In this document: in pieces, positions 8,433 through 18,223 of the stretch
How positions within the stretch are numbered: position 1 is the stretch's first letter
Layout: every line of letters begins with the position of its first letter
Virus record (IMG/VR): IMGVR_UViG_3300020319_000005
Location: 1 to 38,215 of that record
DNA from: a virus
Taxonomy: Duplodnaviria; Caudoviricetes
Strand: one strand, 5' to 3'
Length of the DNA: 38,215 nt
Notes under the pieces: model-generated
The model's input: the letters and a program-made list of their open reading frames with translations, nothing else
The model's database searches: none
What the model was told of the DNA's origin: nothing
Made by a program: the position numbers and the translations under genes

Positions 8433-8689
8433 ATTTTTTTATATTTCACCTTTGTTATTTTTACTTTGAAGTCATCTAAATGATTTAAGTTAGCATGACT
8501 ATTATTATATATCGCATATGCTAATGTAGATGTATGCTCTTTAATTGATTTATGATATAATTCTTTTGCTTCTGCATATGTTTTTACAATTGTCTTGGTA
8601 GATTTATCCAAGGGACGCCACTCTACAATAGAATAACTATCTGCGTTATCTATAATATTTTTTTCCCAATCTGTTTGATGGCTATTCAA
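8429..8689 (-). CDS. Hypothetical protein
   Basis: 86 aa, TTG start abutting the upstream stop. Confidence 0.6.
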   Translation of the reverse strand: MNSHQTDWEKNIIDNADSYSIVEWRPLDKSTKTIVKTYAEAKELYHKSIKEHTSTLAYAIYNNSHANLNHLDDFKVKITKVKYKKI

Positions 8690-8974
8690 TTATTTCCACC
8701 ATTCATTTTCTTGTTCAATTGCAATATCAACATCTGATTTTTCTTTTTCAGTTAGATTGTCTTCTATCTGATTAAAATAACACCAGTAAGTACCGTTATC
8801 ACCTGTGTATGTTATAGCACCTGTATAACCTAAACTTGTGTCATAAGTTTTTGCATTTAAAGCTGTATCATTTTCAGCCGCTATATCAGTTGCTTCAGTA
8901 GCAATACCGATATTAATTATTTCACCACTTCTACCGTGGTTTGCTTTGATTGTATCACCTATATTAATTATCAT
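8690..8974 (-). CDS. Hypothetical protein
   Basis: 94 aa, SD AAGGA; SH3/KOW-like INIGDTIK start. Confidence 0.7.
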   Translation of the reverse strand: MIINIGDTIKANHGRSGEIINIGIATEATDIAAENDTALNAKTYDTSLGYTGAITYTGDNGTYWCYFNQIEDNLTEKEKSDVDIAIEQENEWWK

Positions 8975-9372
8975 AATGTTATCCTTGTTAGTGTTTTTGT
9001 TAAATCTGGCATAAAATCATATTTAAAGAATTGTCTACCATTTACTTTTTGACCATAATCGTGAAATAAACAATTATAATCTCTTTCATCTTTATGTAAA
9101 TCAAACTCTTCACCATATGTGTAATAGTATTCTGAACCGTGTATCATATCAACACCACTATGACCAGTACAATTACTAGCAGTTTCATTATAGTGTTTAT
9201 CACAATACTTTTTAATTTTGTTTTTAAATGTTTCTGAATTTAATCTCTTTAATTGAGATAAAGGTACATTTCTAAATATAGTATGATGTATCTTAAAATA
9301 AGGGTCATACCTATCCTCTGAATCTTCATACTCTCTCCAGTATGTTAAGTTTATAGTACCTTGTTTACTCAT
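8971..9372 (-). CDS. Hypothetical protein
   Basis: 133 aa, TAATG coupling. Confidence 0.7.
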   Translation of the reverse strand: MSKQGTINLTYWREYEDSEDRYDPYFKIHHTIFRNVPLSQLKRLNSETFKNKIKKYCDKHYNETASNCTGHSGVDMIHGSEYYYTYGEEFDLHKDERDYNCLFHDYGQKVNGRQFFKYDFMPDLTKTLTRITL

Positions 9373-9566
9373 TAGGCAGCCTCTAACTCTAAATCAATTA
9401 CTTCATCAACATTGTATTCTTCAATACCTAACATATTGACATTATCAACATTCATAATTTTTGCTTTAGCAGCTTCTTTGCTGATTGCATTGTTTTTTAG
9501 TTGTGATAGAATATCATCAACTTTTTTTTCGGCTGTATCTTCAGCCCATTGTTTAACTTTACTCAT
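9372..9566 (-). CDS. Hypothetical early protein (MSKVKQWA type)
   Basis: 64 aa, SD GAAAGGA. Confidence 0.7.
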   Translation of the reverse strand: MSKVKQWAEDTAEKKVDDILSQLKNNAISKEAAKAKIMNVDNVNMLGIEEYNVDEVIDLELEAA

Positions 9567-9679
9567 TATATAAGTCCTTTCTTATTGTTAGTTAATAGTA
9601 TATCAAGAATTTGAAGGAGAGTCAAGTAATTTCTTTTCTTGGCTTCTTCTATTCTTTCTTTTAGTGTTTTCTTAATCAT
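9566..9679 (-). CDS. Small basic early protein (37 aa), nearly leaderless
   Basis: MIKKTLKERIEEAKKRNYLTLLQILDILLTNNKKGLI; starts 11 nt after a -10 box; TAATG coupling downstream. Confidence 0.5.
   Translation of the reverse strand: MIKKTLKERIEEAKKRNYLTLLQILDILLTNNKKGLI
9597..9625 (-). promoter_or_regulatory. Sigma70-like promoter with extended -10
   Basis: TTGACT-17 nt-TATACT with TGn extension. Confidence 0.75.
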
Positions 9680-9690
9680 AATATACATAT

Positions 9691-9780
9691 ATAATACACT
9701 ACCTGGCCTATAAAGCAAGCACTTTTTTCACTTTTTTTGAAGTTTTTTTGAGACCTGGTCTCATTTCTAGGGCTGCGACA
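9691..9780 (-). promoter_or_regulatory. Early promoter with phased A-tracts, palindrome and conserved upstream motif
   Basis: TTGCTT-16 nt-TATTAT; AAAAAAGTGC; three A-tracts; TGAGACC-N-GGTCTCA (9749-9763); TGTCGCAGCCCTAGAA; paralogous to the element near 2130-2210. Confidence 0.7.
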
Positions 9781-9791
9781 ACTTGTATTGT

Positions 9792-10472
9792 CTAAAACCA
9801 CGCCTTTTTAACCCATTCCTTGTCGGATTCATGAGGATTTGGCTGTCCGTGAAACACGGTTACCAACGATTCGCCATTATGTTCAAAGGTCATGTCTTGT
9901 CTGGAGTATCTATTACCATTACGGTCATACCATTTATATGATTGTGTCCAAGAATCAGGAAAGGAGACACATCCAGGACTTCCTTTAATAAAGTCTGAAA
10001 TAAGGTTTTGGTCACCAGGAAACCGTCTTAATAGATTAGGTCTATCTGCAATGAACCTTCGCCAAAGTTTGTCATGCATTTTACTTTGGTCAAATCTCAT
10101 AATACTAGAGTTAAAAACACCACTTGTTGGATTAAAATCATTCATTCCTATAAACTCAAACTCTGGTTTATATGTAAAGAAACAATCTATATTATCTGTA
10201 ATTACTACATCTAAATCCATATATAATGTATGGCCTGGTAAATCAACTTTAGGATGAAATAATTGCATTTTATTCCACCAGCCTTGTAAGTCTGTTTCAG
10301 GAAACTCTCTAATGTTAATATGACCATCAACCATTTTATGCATTTTGACATGGTCAGTAAACACAAAAAAGTTAATAGATAGGGTGGTATTTCTTTTTAC
10401 CATATTATAGAGTTTTTGAACATACTCTACGGGATATTTGTCACCATAACATACACAAGCAAAATTATACAT
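9792..10472 (-). CDS. Glycosyltransferase-like protein (GT-A, GT8-like)
   Basis: GDKYPVEYV, GWWNKMQLF, LYMDLD (DxD), FNSSIM, GDQ, VFHGQPNPH. Confidence 0.8.
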   Translation of the reverse strand: MYNFACVCYGDKYPVEYVQKLYNMVKRNTTLSINFFVFTDHVKMHKMVDGHINIREFPETDLQGWWNKMQLFHPKVDLPGHTLYMDLDVVITDNIDCFFTYKPEFEFIGMNDFNPTSGVFNSSIMRFDQSKMHDKLWRRFIADRPNLLRRFPGDQNLISDFIKGSPGCVSFPDSWTQSYKWYDRNGNRYSRQDMTFEHNGESLVTVFHGQPNPHESDKEWVKKAWF

Positions 10473-10726
10473 CAAAAACCTAACCAATTAAAAACAGCTC
10501 TTATACTTAATATCATATACATACATTCCATAATCATTCTTGGCCAATCTTTATCTTTGTAACCAAACCATATCCACATCACACAAGCAGCTACACTTAA
10601 CGACCAACCAACCCATTGTGTAGATATGTTGGCACTTGATAATATGAATACACTACAAACTGCAAGTAATAATCCAATCCATCTAAATTTGTTCTTGAAG
10701 AACCTTGAAGGCAATACCATCTTCAA
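10472..10726 (-). CDS. Small 3-TM membrane protein
   Basis: Three hydrophobic helices, W..GY.DKDWP loop; start uncertain. Confidence 0.65.
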   Translation of the reverse strand: MKMVLPSRFFKNKFRWIGLLLAVCSVFILSSANISTQWVGWSLSVAACVMWIWFGYKDKDWPRMIMECMYMILSIRAVFNWLGF

Positions 10727-11468
10727 TCTCCCTTATTGTAAACTGATTATGAGTTAACATTCTCATCCATTTATTTATTTCTTTGTTATCAGGTTTAAAT
10801 GGATAATTTAATGACTTATAATTTATCTCTTGATTTGATACAAAATTAGCAACATTCTTTTTATCTGTTATACATGGTACACCATTTATTATTGCGTCAA
10901 CAGCCGACAATGACATGTTTGTAACTAAACAATGAGCGCCCTTTAAATCATCTAGTATATTTGTATTCCACCATTTATTACCTGGCCTTGGTTTATTTCT
11001 TAATCTTATTGGTCTATCTGTACAATTTTTTATCTCATTAATAGTTTTGTTTATCCACTCTTCTTGTGATATACCGTTTATATGAAATGTTACGGTAGGA
11101 GATGATGGACATACTAATATATGTTCACCTGATTGCCAACCTTTAAACTCTACATTTAATCTTTTATTATCACACTCTTTCAGTTTAGTAGTATGAATAC
11201 CACCTTTACATATTCTAAAATATGTCTTATCATAATTGTTTATAATAGGTTCGGGATATCTTGTTATTTGTTCAGTTAGGTAACCTACATCAACATACCA
11301 CCATTCCTCGCCTTGAGCCTCACACATTGTTATATCATGTATATTTTTACCTGCTAATCCCCAAAAGAAGTGTATAGGTTTATCTTCATCTTTCCAACCT
11401 TTTTCTATAGCAGGCATAAGTTGATGTGATAAACATTTATTCCATGGTAATTTATGTGTTACTAACAT
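10683..11468 (-). CDS. Glycosyltransferase-like protein (GT-B, capsule-polysaccharide/KpsS-like)
   Basis: YVDVGYL, HILVCP, IRLRNKP, CLVTNMSLSAVDAIINGVP; paralog of the next gene. Confidence 0.65.
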   Translation of the reverse strand: MLVTHKLPWNKCLSHQLMPAIEKGWKDEDKPIHFFWGLAGKNIHDITMCEAQGEEWWYVDVGYLTEQITRYPEPIINNYDKTYFRICKGGIHTTKLKECDNKRLNVEFKGWQSGEHILVCPSSPTVTFHINGISQEEWINKTINEIKNCTDRPIRLRNKPRPGNKWWNTNILDDLKGAHCLVTNMSLSAVDAIINGVPCITDKKNVANFVSNQEINYKSLNYPFKPDNKEINKWMRMLTHNQFTIREIEDGIAFKVLQEQI

Positions 11469-12258
11469 ATTTCCACGCCGTTCCATTTTGTATCTCTGTC
11501 ATAGTAAATTGATTTGCTAATAAGTTTTCTATCCACTTTTCTCTTTCTGGTGTATATAAAGGGTCTTTAATTTGACTCATATCTGTTAAAGAAACTGGTA
11601 CGCCCATTGATTCATTTACACAAAAACTAGGCACACCACTCATAATAGATTTTATACAAACCGTTGATTGATATGACACCGTGCAATAAGCTTTTTCTAA
11701 ATCTTTATCTAATGATACTTTACTATCTTTAGTTCTAATTTTTATTTCTTTTCTAGTATGTCTTTTAATACTTTTTAAAGTTTGTTCTTCCCAATTTTTA
11801 TCAAACCAATAATAATTTTTAACATGTTCACTAGGTGGTATAAACAAAATATAATCACCCTCATACTGCCAAGGTTTTAATTTTACAAAAGGTCTATATT
11901 TTTCTATTCTTTCATAATCAGGTTTATTTAATCGTTTTATTTCTCTTACATGAAAGAAGTTTTTAGTCAATCTATATATCTTTTCACCTATTTCTTTTGA
12001 AGTGTCATGTTTATTACCAAATAGATAAGCATGGTCAAAATAGTAATAGTCTTTTGATTGTTGTATTAGTTCGCTTGTGCCTCTTAACATACCAAACACA
12101 CAAATTGGTTTATCAAAGTTATTATCAAAACCAAGCCATTTTGTTTGTTCGTATTGATTAACAGACTTTTCTTTTTTCCACATATGACCGTTAGCACTTT
12201 CTACTAATGCTCTTACCGGTATATCCGTACTATCTCTTGTTTCAAACCCCTGAACCAT
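11452..12258 (-). CDS. Glycosyltransferase-like protein (GT-B, paralog of the preceding gene)
   Basis: YFDHAYL, YILFIPPS, CTVSYQSTVCIKSIMSGVP, NQFT..EI.NG.A motif shared with 10683-11468. Confidence 0.65.
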   Translation of the reverse strand: MVQGFETRDSTDIPVRALVESANGHMWKKEKSVNQYEQTKWLGFDNNFDKPICVFGMLRGTSELIQQSKDYYYFDHAYLFGNKHDTSKEIGEKIYRLTKNFFHVREIKRLNKPDYERIEKYRPFVKLKPWQYEGDYILFIPPSEHVKNYYWFDKNWEEQTLKSIKRHTRKEIKIRTKDSKVSLDKDLEKAYCTVSYQSTVCIKSIMSGVPSFCVNESMGVPVSLTDMSQIKDPLYTPEREKWIENLLANQFTMTEIQNGTAWKYVSNT

Positions 12259-12913
12259 TACTCTCTTCTAAATTTTTAAACCAATCTTGTGAATAATCGC
12301 ACTTTGCATATTCTTCAAACCATGGTCCACCTTTTGTAAAGTGTACATTATTAACATCATCTTTGTGTTCATACTCACCAACTAACCAGTTCCATTCTAA
12401 AGGCAAATCTCCGATAAGGTGGTCGCCTTCTAACCATTTAAATTGATGTAACTCTAAACCACTAGCTCTATTTACATAATCTGGTGTAAGAGATGAACAT
12501 TTATTACAATTCATCAACATAAAACTAGACCAATTTTTTTTAGGATAAGCAGTTTGAGGTTGACCTAAAAATTTTGTTTTTTCTTTTGGTATATAGTCGT
12601 GTTTACAAACTTGAATAGCTTTACTATCATCTCTCATTCGCCATAATTTTGATACATCTTCAAACATTAACATATCACAATCCATAAACAATGCCCAACC
12701 TTGATAGTTCATAAGGTGAGGTATCATAAATCTACTAAATGAAAACTCTGTACTAGACAAACTATTTCTTTCTCTAACAAAATCATCTTTCAAGTGATTT
12801 AATGCAATAGGCGTTATTGCTACCGGTTTTGTGCTATTTTGTATTATACTATGCGATAACACATTGTAAGCCACTTTTTCTTTACTATCATATCCTATAA
12901 AAATGTTTATCAT
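12242..12913 (-). CDS. Glycosyltransferase (GT-A, plant CDI-like nucleotide-sugar transferase)
   Basis: IFIGYD, STEFSFSRF, FMDCDML, KNWSSFML, EWNWLVGEY, HFTKGGPWF. Confidence 0.85.
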   Translation of the reverse strand: MINIFIGYDSKEKVAYNVLSHSIIQNSTKPVAITPIALNHLKDDFVRERNSLSSTEFSFSRFMIPHLMNYQGWALFMDCDMLMFEDVSKLWRMRDDSKAIQVCKHDYIPKEKTKFLGQPQTAYPKKNWSSFMLMNCNKCSSLTPDYVNRASGLELHQFKWLEGDHLIGDLPLEWNWLVGEYEHKDDVNNVHFTKGGPWFEEYAKCDYSQDWFKNLEESNGSGV

Positions 12914-13599
12914 CCTTTAAATTCCTTACTTCTTCCTGTTATTTTTCTTTGACCTTTAGTATGGTCATAAAACTTACCTAATACAGACCTTACTTGTACA
13001 TGACCACCTCTGCCATCACCTATATTTAAATTTTTTACTTGTTTTTTTCCTTCAAATTTTAATCTTACATGGTCCCAAACATAACTATCATGCTGTTCAT
13101 TTAAATTATATATCTCATCACTATCATACATGTATTTCATTTCATTAGCATAATTTATAATTTCAGGATGTTTCATATTAAAACCTAAAAAACCACACTC
13201 ACTATATTGATTACCTCTGCCCAAATAAGTCATCATACATTCTGATTTATATAGTCTTGTTTTAATAAAATCTTTAGTCATTGGTGTATAAAAAACACTA
13301 TCTGCGTCAATACCTATCACATAATCATATTCTCTGTAATTTAATATAGCATGTGTATATGCATAAACTTTGTAACAAAATCTAACACCATCTTGCCAAA
13401 AATCTTTGAGAAAATCTTTTCCTTCAAATTTATTTTTGTTTCGTTCTACAAACGCTTTACACTCTGGTATAGCCTCCATCATACCATCATCTTCATTGTA
13501 AACCGTATAAGGAAAATCCCAATTATAAGTTTTTTCAAATCTATGAGCATATTCTTTATATAATTTATTATTATATGTTGTTACAGCTAATATTTTCAT
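12910..13599 (-). CDS. Glycosyltransferase-like protein (GT-A)
   Basis: RFCYKVYA, GIDAD (DxD), YLGR, SECGF, HDSYVWD, DHTKG. Confidence 0.75.
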   Translation of the reverse strand: MKILAVTTYNNKLYKEYAHRFEKTYNWDFPYTVYNEDDGMMEAIPECKAFVERNKNKFEGKDFLKDFWQDGVRFCYKVYAYTHAILNYREYDYVIGIDADSVFYTPMTKDFIKTRLYKSECMMTYLGRGNQYSECGFLGFNMKHPEIINYANEMKYMYDSDEIYNLNEQHDSYVWDHVRLKFEGKKQVKNLNIGDGRGGHVQVRSVLGKFYDHTKGQRKITGRSKEFKG

Positions 13600-15395
13600 A
13601 TCGTCATTCCATAAACTTTCTTCCATACTGCAAAGTTAAGAGTACAAAATAATTCTTTTTGAGCATAAAGACCAATAGGTTTTTTTAATTTTGAGTCCTC
13701 TTGTTGAAATTCTTTATTATTTAAATATCTATCTTCAACATCTTTCATATTATACTCAAATATATCCATAAGTTCTTTATCGTTTAATGTTTCTCTAATA
13801 AAATCTTTTAAAACACCTCTGTTAGGTGCTGGTTGTTTAGCTCTACCAATCAGTATTTCATCTGTCGGAAAACGCCAACCTGTTTTTATATGATTTAAAA
13901 TATAATTAGGTAACTTACCATGATATGCTTTTTTTTGTAATTTTTTATGAAATATTTTAGGATGTATATAAAATCTCTCATCAATTTTTAATTGACTAGG
14001 TATAACTCTTACATAATCCCTTAATCTTTTATTTAAAATAGGAAATCTACCCTCTATGCTGTGTGCCATACCTAACTTATCATTTCTAACTAAAAAGTCT
14101 TCAGCTAAAGCATTTAAACTTTCTATATATAAAAAATCATTTAAATTATCATTATTTTTTATTTGTTTTGTTGGTAACCATTCATTTAAATAATTCATTT
14201 GGTCATCTAAACTACATTCTAACTCTGAATTTTTTAATGGTATATTATTTTGACGCAACATCTTTAATTTGCTACGCCAGTTAAAATCCATATCATTAAT
14301 ATCATATAAATGTGGATTATGATGTTTATATCCTGCAAATAATTCATCACCACCATCACCTGCTAATGTAACGGTAATATCATTTGAAGCCATAAACTTG
14401 TTCATATTATAATAAGTAGGAAAACTTTTACCTTGTCTTGGTTCTTCTAAAGCATAAAAGGTATCTTCTAATGCGTCAACATAATCTTGTTGAGTTTGAT
14501 ATAACATATTATTCTCAATACCCCAATCTTTACATAATCTTTCTGCAAGTTTACTATCTTCGTTTAATAAACTTTTTTTGTCTGTTATTGCAAAACTAGA
14601 TGTAAATGTTCTAGGTTTTACACCTAGTTCTTTCATCTCGTAAAGTATTGAAGTTGAATCTAAACCACCAGATAAAAATAGTCCTATATTTCTACGACCC
14701 ATTAAGGTTTGATTTACTGAATAATTAAGTTTTAATTGTGTTTGTTTAGCAACAAAGTTTTCATCTAAATGAGTTGGTATTAATAAATCATAATCTAACA
14801 AGTTGTGATTTTTACCATTTACTAATACTTGACCTGGCACCAATTTTTTAATACCCTCAAACATAGTCAAATAACCAGGCACATAACCTTGATTGTAATA
14901 TAAACTCAATGCTTTTTTACAAATGCGTCTTTCAAAACCACATTCTAATAAACTTCTTATTTCACTAGAAAAATATAATTTATCTTTTAAATAACCATAG
15001 TATAATGGTTTTGTACCATTCGTATCTCTTGCTAAAATTAATTCTTTTGTAGTCTTATTATAAAATGCAAGAGCAAACATACCATCACATTTCTTTAAAA
15101 ACTCCCAGCCCTCATTCTTTAGACCTATTGCTAATGTTTCTGTATCTGTTTTTGGATTATGTGATAGGTCTTTATAATTATAAATCTCACCATTAAATAC
15201 TAAAATACAATCTTCATAATGATATGGTTGTTTACTATCTTTTACTTGACCTATGATTGATAAAAGATTATGGCCTAGTGTGATATAATCATCTTCAAAT
15301 ATGCCATTACCATCTGGTCCTCTATGATGAGCGGCCTTAACCATCTTCATCATTAACTCTGGCTTTACATCAACTATTCCATGTATCGCACACAT
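13596..15395 (-). CDS. asnB: Asparagine synthase (glutamine-hydrolysing)-family amidotransferase
   Basis: Cys2 nucleophile (MCAIHG), HRGPD, NGEIYN, ARD..G.KPLYY, LSGGLDS, GDGGDELFAGY. Context suggests glycan amidation rather than Asn synthesis. Confidence 0.9.
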   Translation of the reverse strand: MCAIHGIVDVKPELMMKMVKAAHHRGPDGNGIFEDDYITLGHNLLSIIGQVKDSKQPYHYEDCILVFNGEIYNYKDLSHNPKTDTETLAIGLKNEGWEFLKKCDGMFALAFYNKTTKELILARDTNGTKPLYYGYLKDKLYFSSEIRSLLECGFERRICKKALSLYYNQGYVPGYLTMFEGIKKLVPGQVLVNGKNHNLLDYDLLIPTHLDENFVAKQTQLKLNYSVNQTLMGRRNIGLFLSGGLDSTSILYEMKELGVKPRTFTSSFAITDKKSLLNEDSKLAERLCKDWGIENNMLYQTQQDYVDALEDTFYALEEPRQGKSFPTYYNMNKFMASNDITVTLAGDGGDELFAGYKHHNPHLYDINDMDFNWRSKLKMLRQNNIPLKNSELECSLDDQMNYLNEWLPTKQIKNNDNLNDFLYIESLNALAEDFLVRNDKLGMAHSIEGRFPILNKRLRDYVRVIPSQLKIDERFYIHPKIFHKKLQKKAYHGKLPNYILNHIKTGWRFPTDEILIGRAKQPAPNRGVLKDFIRETLNDKELMDIFEYNMKDVEDRYLNNKEFQQEDSKLKKPIGLYAQKELFCTLNFAVWKKVYGMTI

Positions 15396-16218
15396 TATAT
15401 ACTCTTTCCCATTGTTTAGTTATAGTTTCAGGCGTAAAATTATTTTTTACAAACCTTTGGCCTTCTTCAACTTTTTGTTTTACTTCTTTAGGATTATTTA
15501 TTGCCCATTTTATACCCTCATTTATATCGCCACACCAAATAAATCTTTGTAATAATAACCAACTTGGTATTTTTGCATTTGTAATAACTAATCTACCTTG
15601 TCTTAATGCGTCAACTGGTCTATTATGACCTTTATACATTGTCATTTCATTATCATTATTAACTGGTAATAATACTAAATCTGATTGTCTTACTATTTCA
15701 CCTTGTATTTTATATGACCACTTAATAGGTCCCTCATTTGATATTATTTGTAGATTTATATTTTTTAAATCTATATTTGACCAATCAATTTGTTTTAGAT
15801 TACCTGCACTACCATAATATACTGCGTTCAATCTGGCAAAATTAGGTTCAAACTTTACAGGTTCCTCATCTCTTTCAGTAGGGTCAGGTATTACAAATAC
15901 TGGTTTATTTGTTTTTGATTCTATTAGTTCTTTTAATTTAAAACAAGTTGTTGTTATTGCTGTAGCGTGTTCATTTGTATTTGACCAAAGTTTTTCTAAC
16001 ATAGGCCATTTATTATCGCAAATGTCATGTATATATCTTATATTATTATTTCTTAAACTCTCTACATCTTTTTCTGTATGTATTCTGCCTAAAACAACCA
16101 TGTCATTATTAAATGCTTGACCTATATTATCAATACATTTACCTATTAGTCTTGCTCTTGACCTATATGAGTAAGGTTCTATTTTACCTTTTCTATCTGG
16201 TGTATAAAATTTTAACAT
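15370..16218 (-). CDS. Glycosyltransferase-like protein (GT-B)
   Basis: SYRSRA, IHDICDN, VIPDP, YYGSAGN, SDLVLLP...KGHNRPVDALRQG pattern. Confidence 0.65.
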   Translation of the reverse strand: MLKFYTPDRKGKIEPYSYRSRARLIGKCIDNIGQAFNNDMVVLGRIHTEKDVESLRNNNIRYIHDICDNKWPMLEKLWSNTNEHATAITTTCFKLKELIESKTNKPVFVIPDPTERDEEPVKFEPNFARLNAVYYGSAGNLKQIDWSNIDLKNINLQIISNEGPIKWSYKIQGEIVRQSDLVLLPVNNDNEMTMYKGHNRPVDALRQGRLVITNAKIPSWLLLQRFIWCGDINEGIKWAINNPKEVKQKVEEGQRFVKNNFTPETITKQWERVYNVCDTWNS

Positions 16219-16958
16219 AAACTATTAAATACACTTTCTATCATTTTATTAAAACTTTTTTCTCTTTCACCTGCTGTCATGTCTTTGTTTGTAGTTGGTA
16301 CAGGTCCTATATCCGTGTCTTGATAAACTACCATATCTTTTTCAAAATGGTCAGCAACCGTGCAAACTGATAATGCTTTCTTATTAAACTTATTTGCTAA
16401 TGCATACAATATATGTGTTTCCATTTCTACAGCCAATGTACCTAATTCTTGATGTTCTTTCCACCAATTTTGGTCAGGATTATAAAACCAATCACTTGAC
16501 ATTATAGGTCCTGCTAAAGTGTTTTTAGGTGCCACTTTCATAAATTTTTCTAATAAATCATAAGATACAGACGGACTCATATGAGTTGTTAATTTTTTAC
16601 TCATTGCATTATCTGTATGAGCTGTTGTAGCTGCAACTACATCACCTACTTTTAATTTTTTAGATATGCCTCCACAACTACCTACTCTTATTATAGTTTG
16701 TACACGATAGATATTATATAATTCATGTATATAAATGCCATTGGAAGCCATTCCCATACCACCACCTTGAACGGATATGGTCATCTTCGTATCATTCCAA
16801 TCTAATACACCTGTAAAACCTAACATGTTTCTAACACCGTTAACTTGTCTGACTTCATGTAAATAAGTATCAGCAATCCACTTTGCTCTTAATGGGTCAC
16901 CAGGCAATAACACTATTGGTGCATAATCACCATGTTTAGCTTCTAAATGTGGTGTCAT
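16212..16958 (-). CDS. deoD: Purine nucleoside phosphorylase (DeoD type)
   Basis: TPHL, LLPGDPLRAKWIA, VRNMLGFTG, GMG..S..IY.HEL, IIRVGSCG, SSD.FY, VEME. Confidence 0.93.
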   Translation of the reverse strand: MTPHLEAKHGDYAPIVLLPGDPLRAKWIADTYLHEVRQVNGVRNMLGFTGVLDWNDTKMTISVQGGGMGMASNGIYIHELYNIYRVQTIIRVGSCGGISKKLKVGDVVAATTAHTDNAMSKKLTTHMSPSVSYDLLEKFMKVAPKNTLAGPIMSSDWFYNPDQNWWKEHQELGTLAVEMETHILYALANKFNKKALSVCTVADHFEKDMVVYQDTDIGPVPTTNKDMTAGEREKSFNKMIESVFNSLC

Positions 16959-17505
16959 ATAACTCCTTCCATGATTTAACTCTATTCCCTTTGTAATTTC
17001 TATTATACGGCCAATCCATACAAAATGTTTTTAGACCAACTGCGTCACCATCTCTACAATAATCTACTCTATCATCAATCCATACATAGCCTGTATCTTT
17101 ATATTTTTCTAATACACTTCTTTTTGATTTTGTAAAATCACCTGAACAATATATCTCATCAAATACATCACCAAATAAATGTTGTAAATTTATTTTTCTT
17201 AATCTATGAGCATACTTATCTTTACCAATCATGGTAACAACATCAAATCGCCAACCTTCATTAGCTAATTTAGTAACATATTCAACACTATCTTTAAATG
17301 CTGGTAAATATCCTAATGCGCCAGTTTGATTAAAGTCATGCACTTGACTTAATGCCTCACCCTCTGGTATGCCATATCTTTTTGCTTGTGAAAAATGGTG
17401 GTCTGTATTTGGTAATCTAAAATAACCTTGTTCTCTCATCCAGACATCAAACGCAAATGCCCAATCTAAAAGAACACCATCACAATCAGTTACTATCTTT
17501 TTCAT
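16936..17505 (-). CDS. HAD-family phosphatase / 5'(3')-deoxyribonucleotidase-like (T4 30.2-like)
   Basis: DCDGVL motif I, WIDD motif IV, PYN C-terminal motif. Confidence 0.8.
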   Translation of the reverse strand: MKKIVTDCDGVLLDWAFAFDVWMREQGYFRLPNTDHHFSQAKRYGIPEGEALSQVHDFNQTGALGYLPAFKDSVEYVTKLANEGWRFDVVTMIGKDKYAHRLRKINLQHLFGDVFDEIYCSGDFTKSKRSVLEKYKDTGYVWIDDRVDYCRDGDAVGLKTFCMDWPYNRNYKGNRVKSWKELYDTTFRS

Positions 17506-18223
17506 AATCTATTAATAATCTCCTAATTTCAGGCCATGTGCCTAAATCAATATAGTCTTCTACTTCAATTACTTTACTACCAAATATTGGTGTTGATGTT
17601 ATATCGTTTATTGAATGCTTTTGTTTTAAGGTTGATTTTTCCATAAAATTTATACATTCAAAAAAATTTCTTTTTCTAAAACCAAAGGCGCACCAAAAAG
17701 AATTATATTGACCAACTCTATCAATAGGTTTGTCTTCATACTCTACAACATTACCCTCTGTGTTTACATAGATTGCACCTTTTGTTTTTAAAACTTCTTT
17801 GTTATCTTCTTTTTTAATTAAAAAACTAAAGCCAGTTTCTTCTAATGCCTCTGTAATTAATGTATATAAATCTTTTCCTGGTTGTAATCTCATTAATGTA
17901 TCAGGTAACAATACTAAATTATGTTCGCCAAATAAATGATAGGCACTTTTTATTGCACCTGTATATTCTTTTTCACTAGGGTTTTGAAAACAAAATGATA
18001 TGTTATATTTGTCTTTATATTTTGATAGATATTTTATAAGGTCTGTTTTATCTTCATTGATAACTACAACAAACTCTACTTGATTTCTACCATAATCTTT
18101 AAAAAAATTAAAACAATTATCAATTAAAGCATTGTCATTATCTAATCTTAAAATCTCTTTAGGGTATGGTAGATTTAATCTTGTACCTTTTCCTGCTGAT
18201 GGTAGTATAATTGTTAATTTCAT
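17486..18223 (-). CDS. Sugar-phosphate nucleotidyltransferase
   Basis: ILPSAGKGTRL...PKE, LLPD, YEDKP, YIDLGTW. Confidence 0.85.
   Translation of the reverse strand: MKLTIILPSAGKGTRLNLPYPKEILRLDNDNALIDNCFNFFKDYGRNQVEFVVVINEDKTDLIKYLSKYKDKYNISFCFQNPSEKEYTGAIKSAYHLFGEHNLVLLPDTLMRLQPGKDLYTLITEALEETGFSFLIKKEDNKEVLKTKGAIYVNTEGNVVEYEDKPIDRVGQYNSFWCAFGFRKRNFFECINFMEKSTLKQKHSINDITSTPIFGSKVIEVEDYIDLGTWPEIRRLLIDYEKDSN

Noticed and set aside
10472-10726. PnuC nicotinamide riboside transporter call
   Set aside because: It has only about 3 TM and 84 aa with no convincing PnuC signature; left as a small membrane protein.
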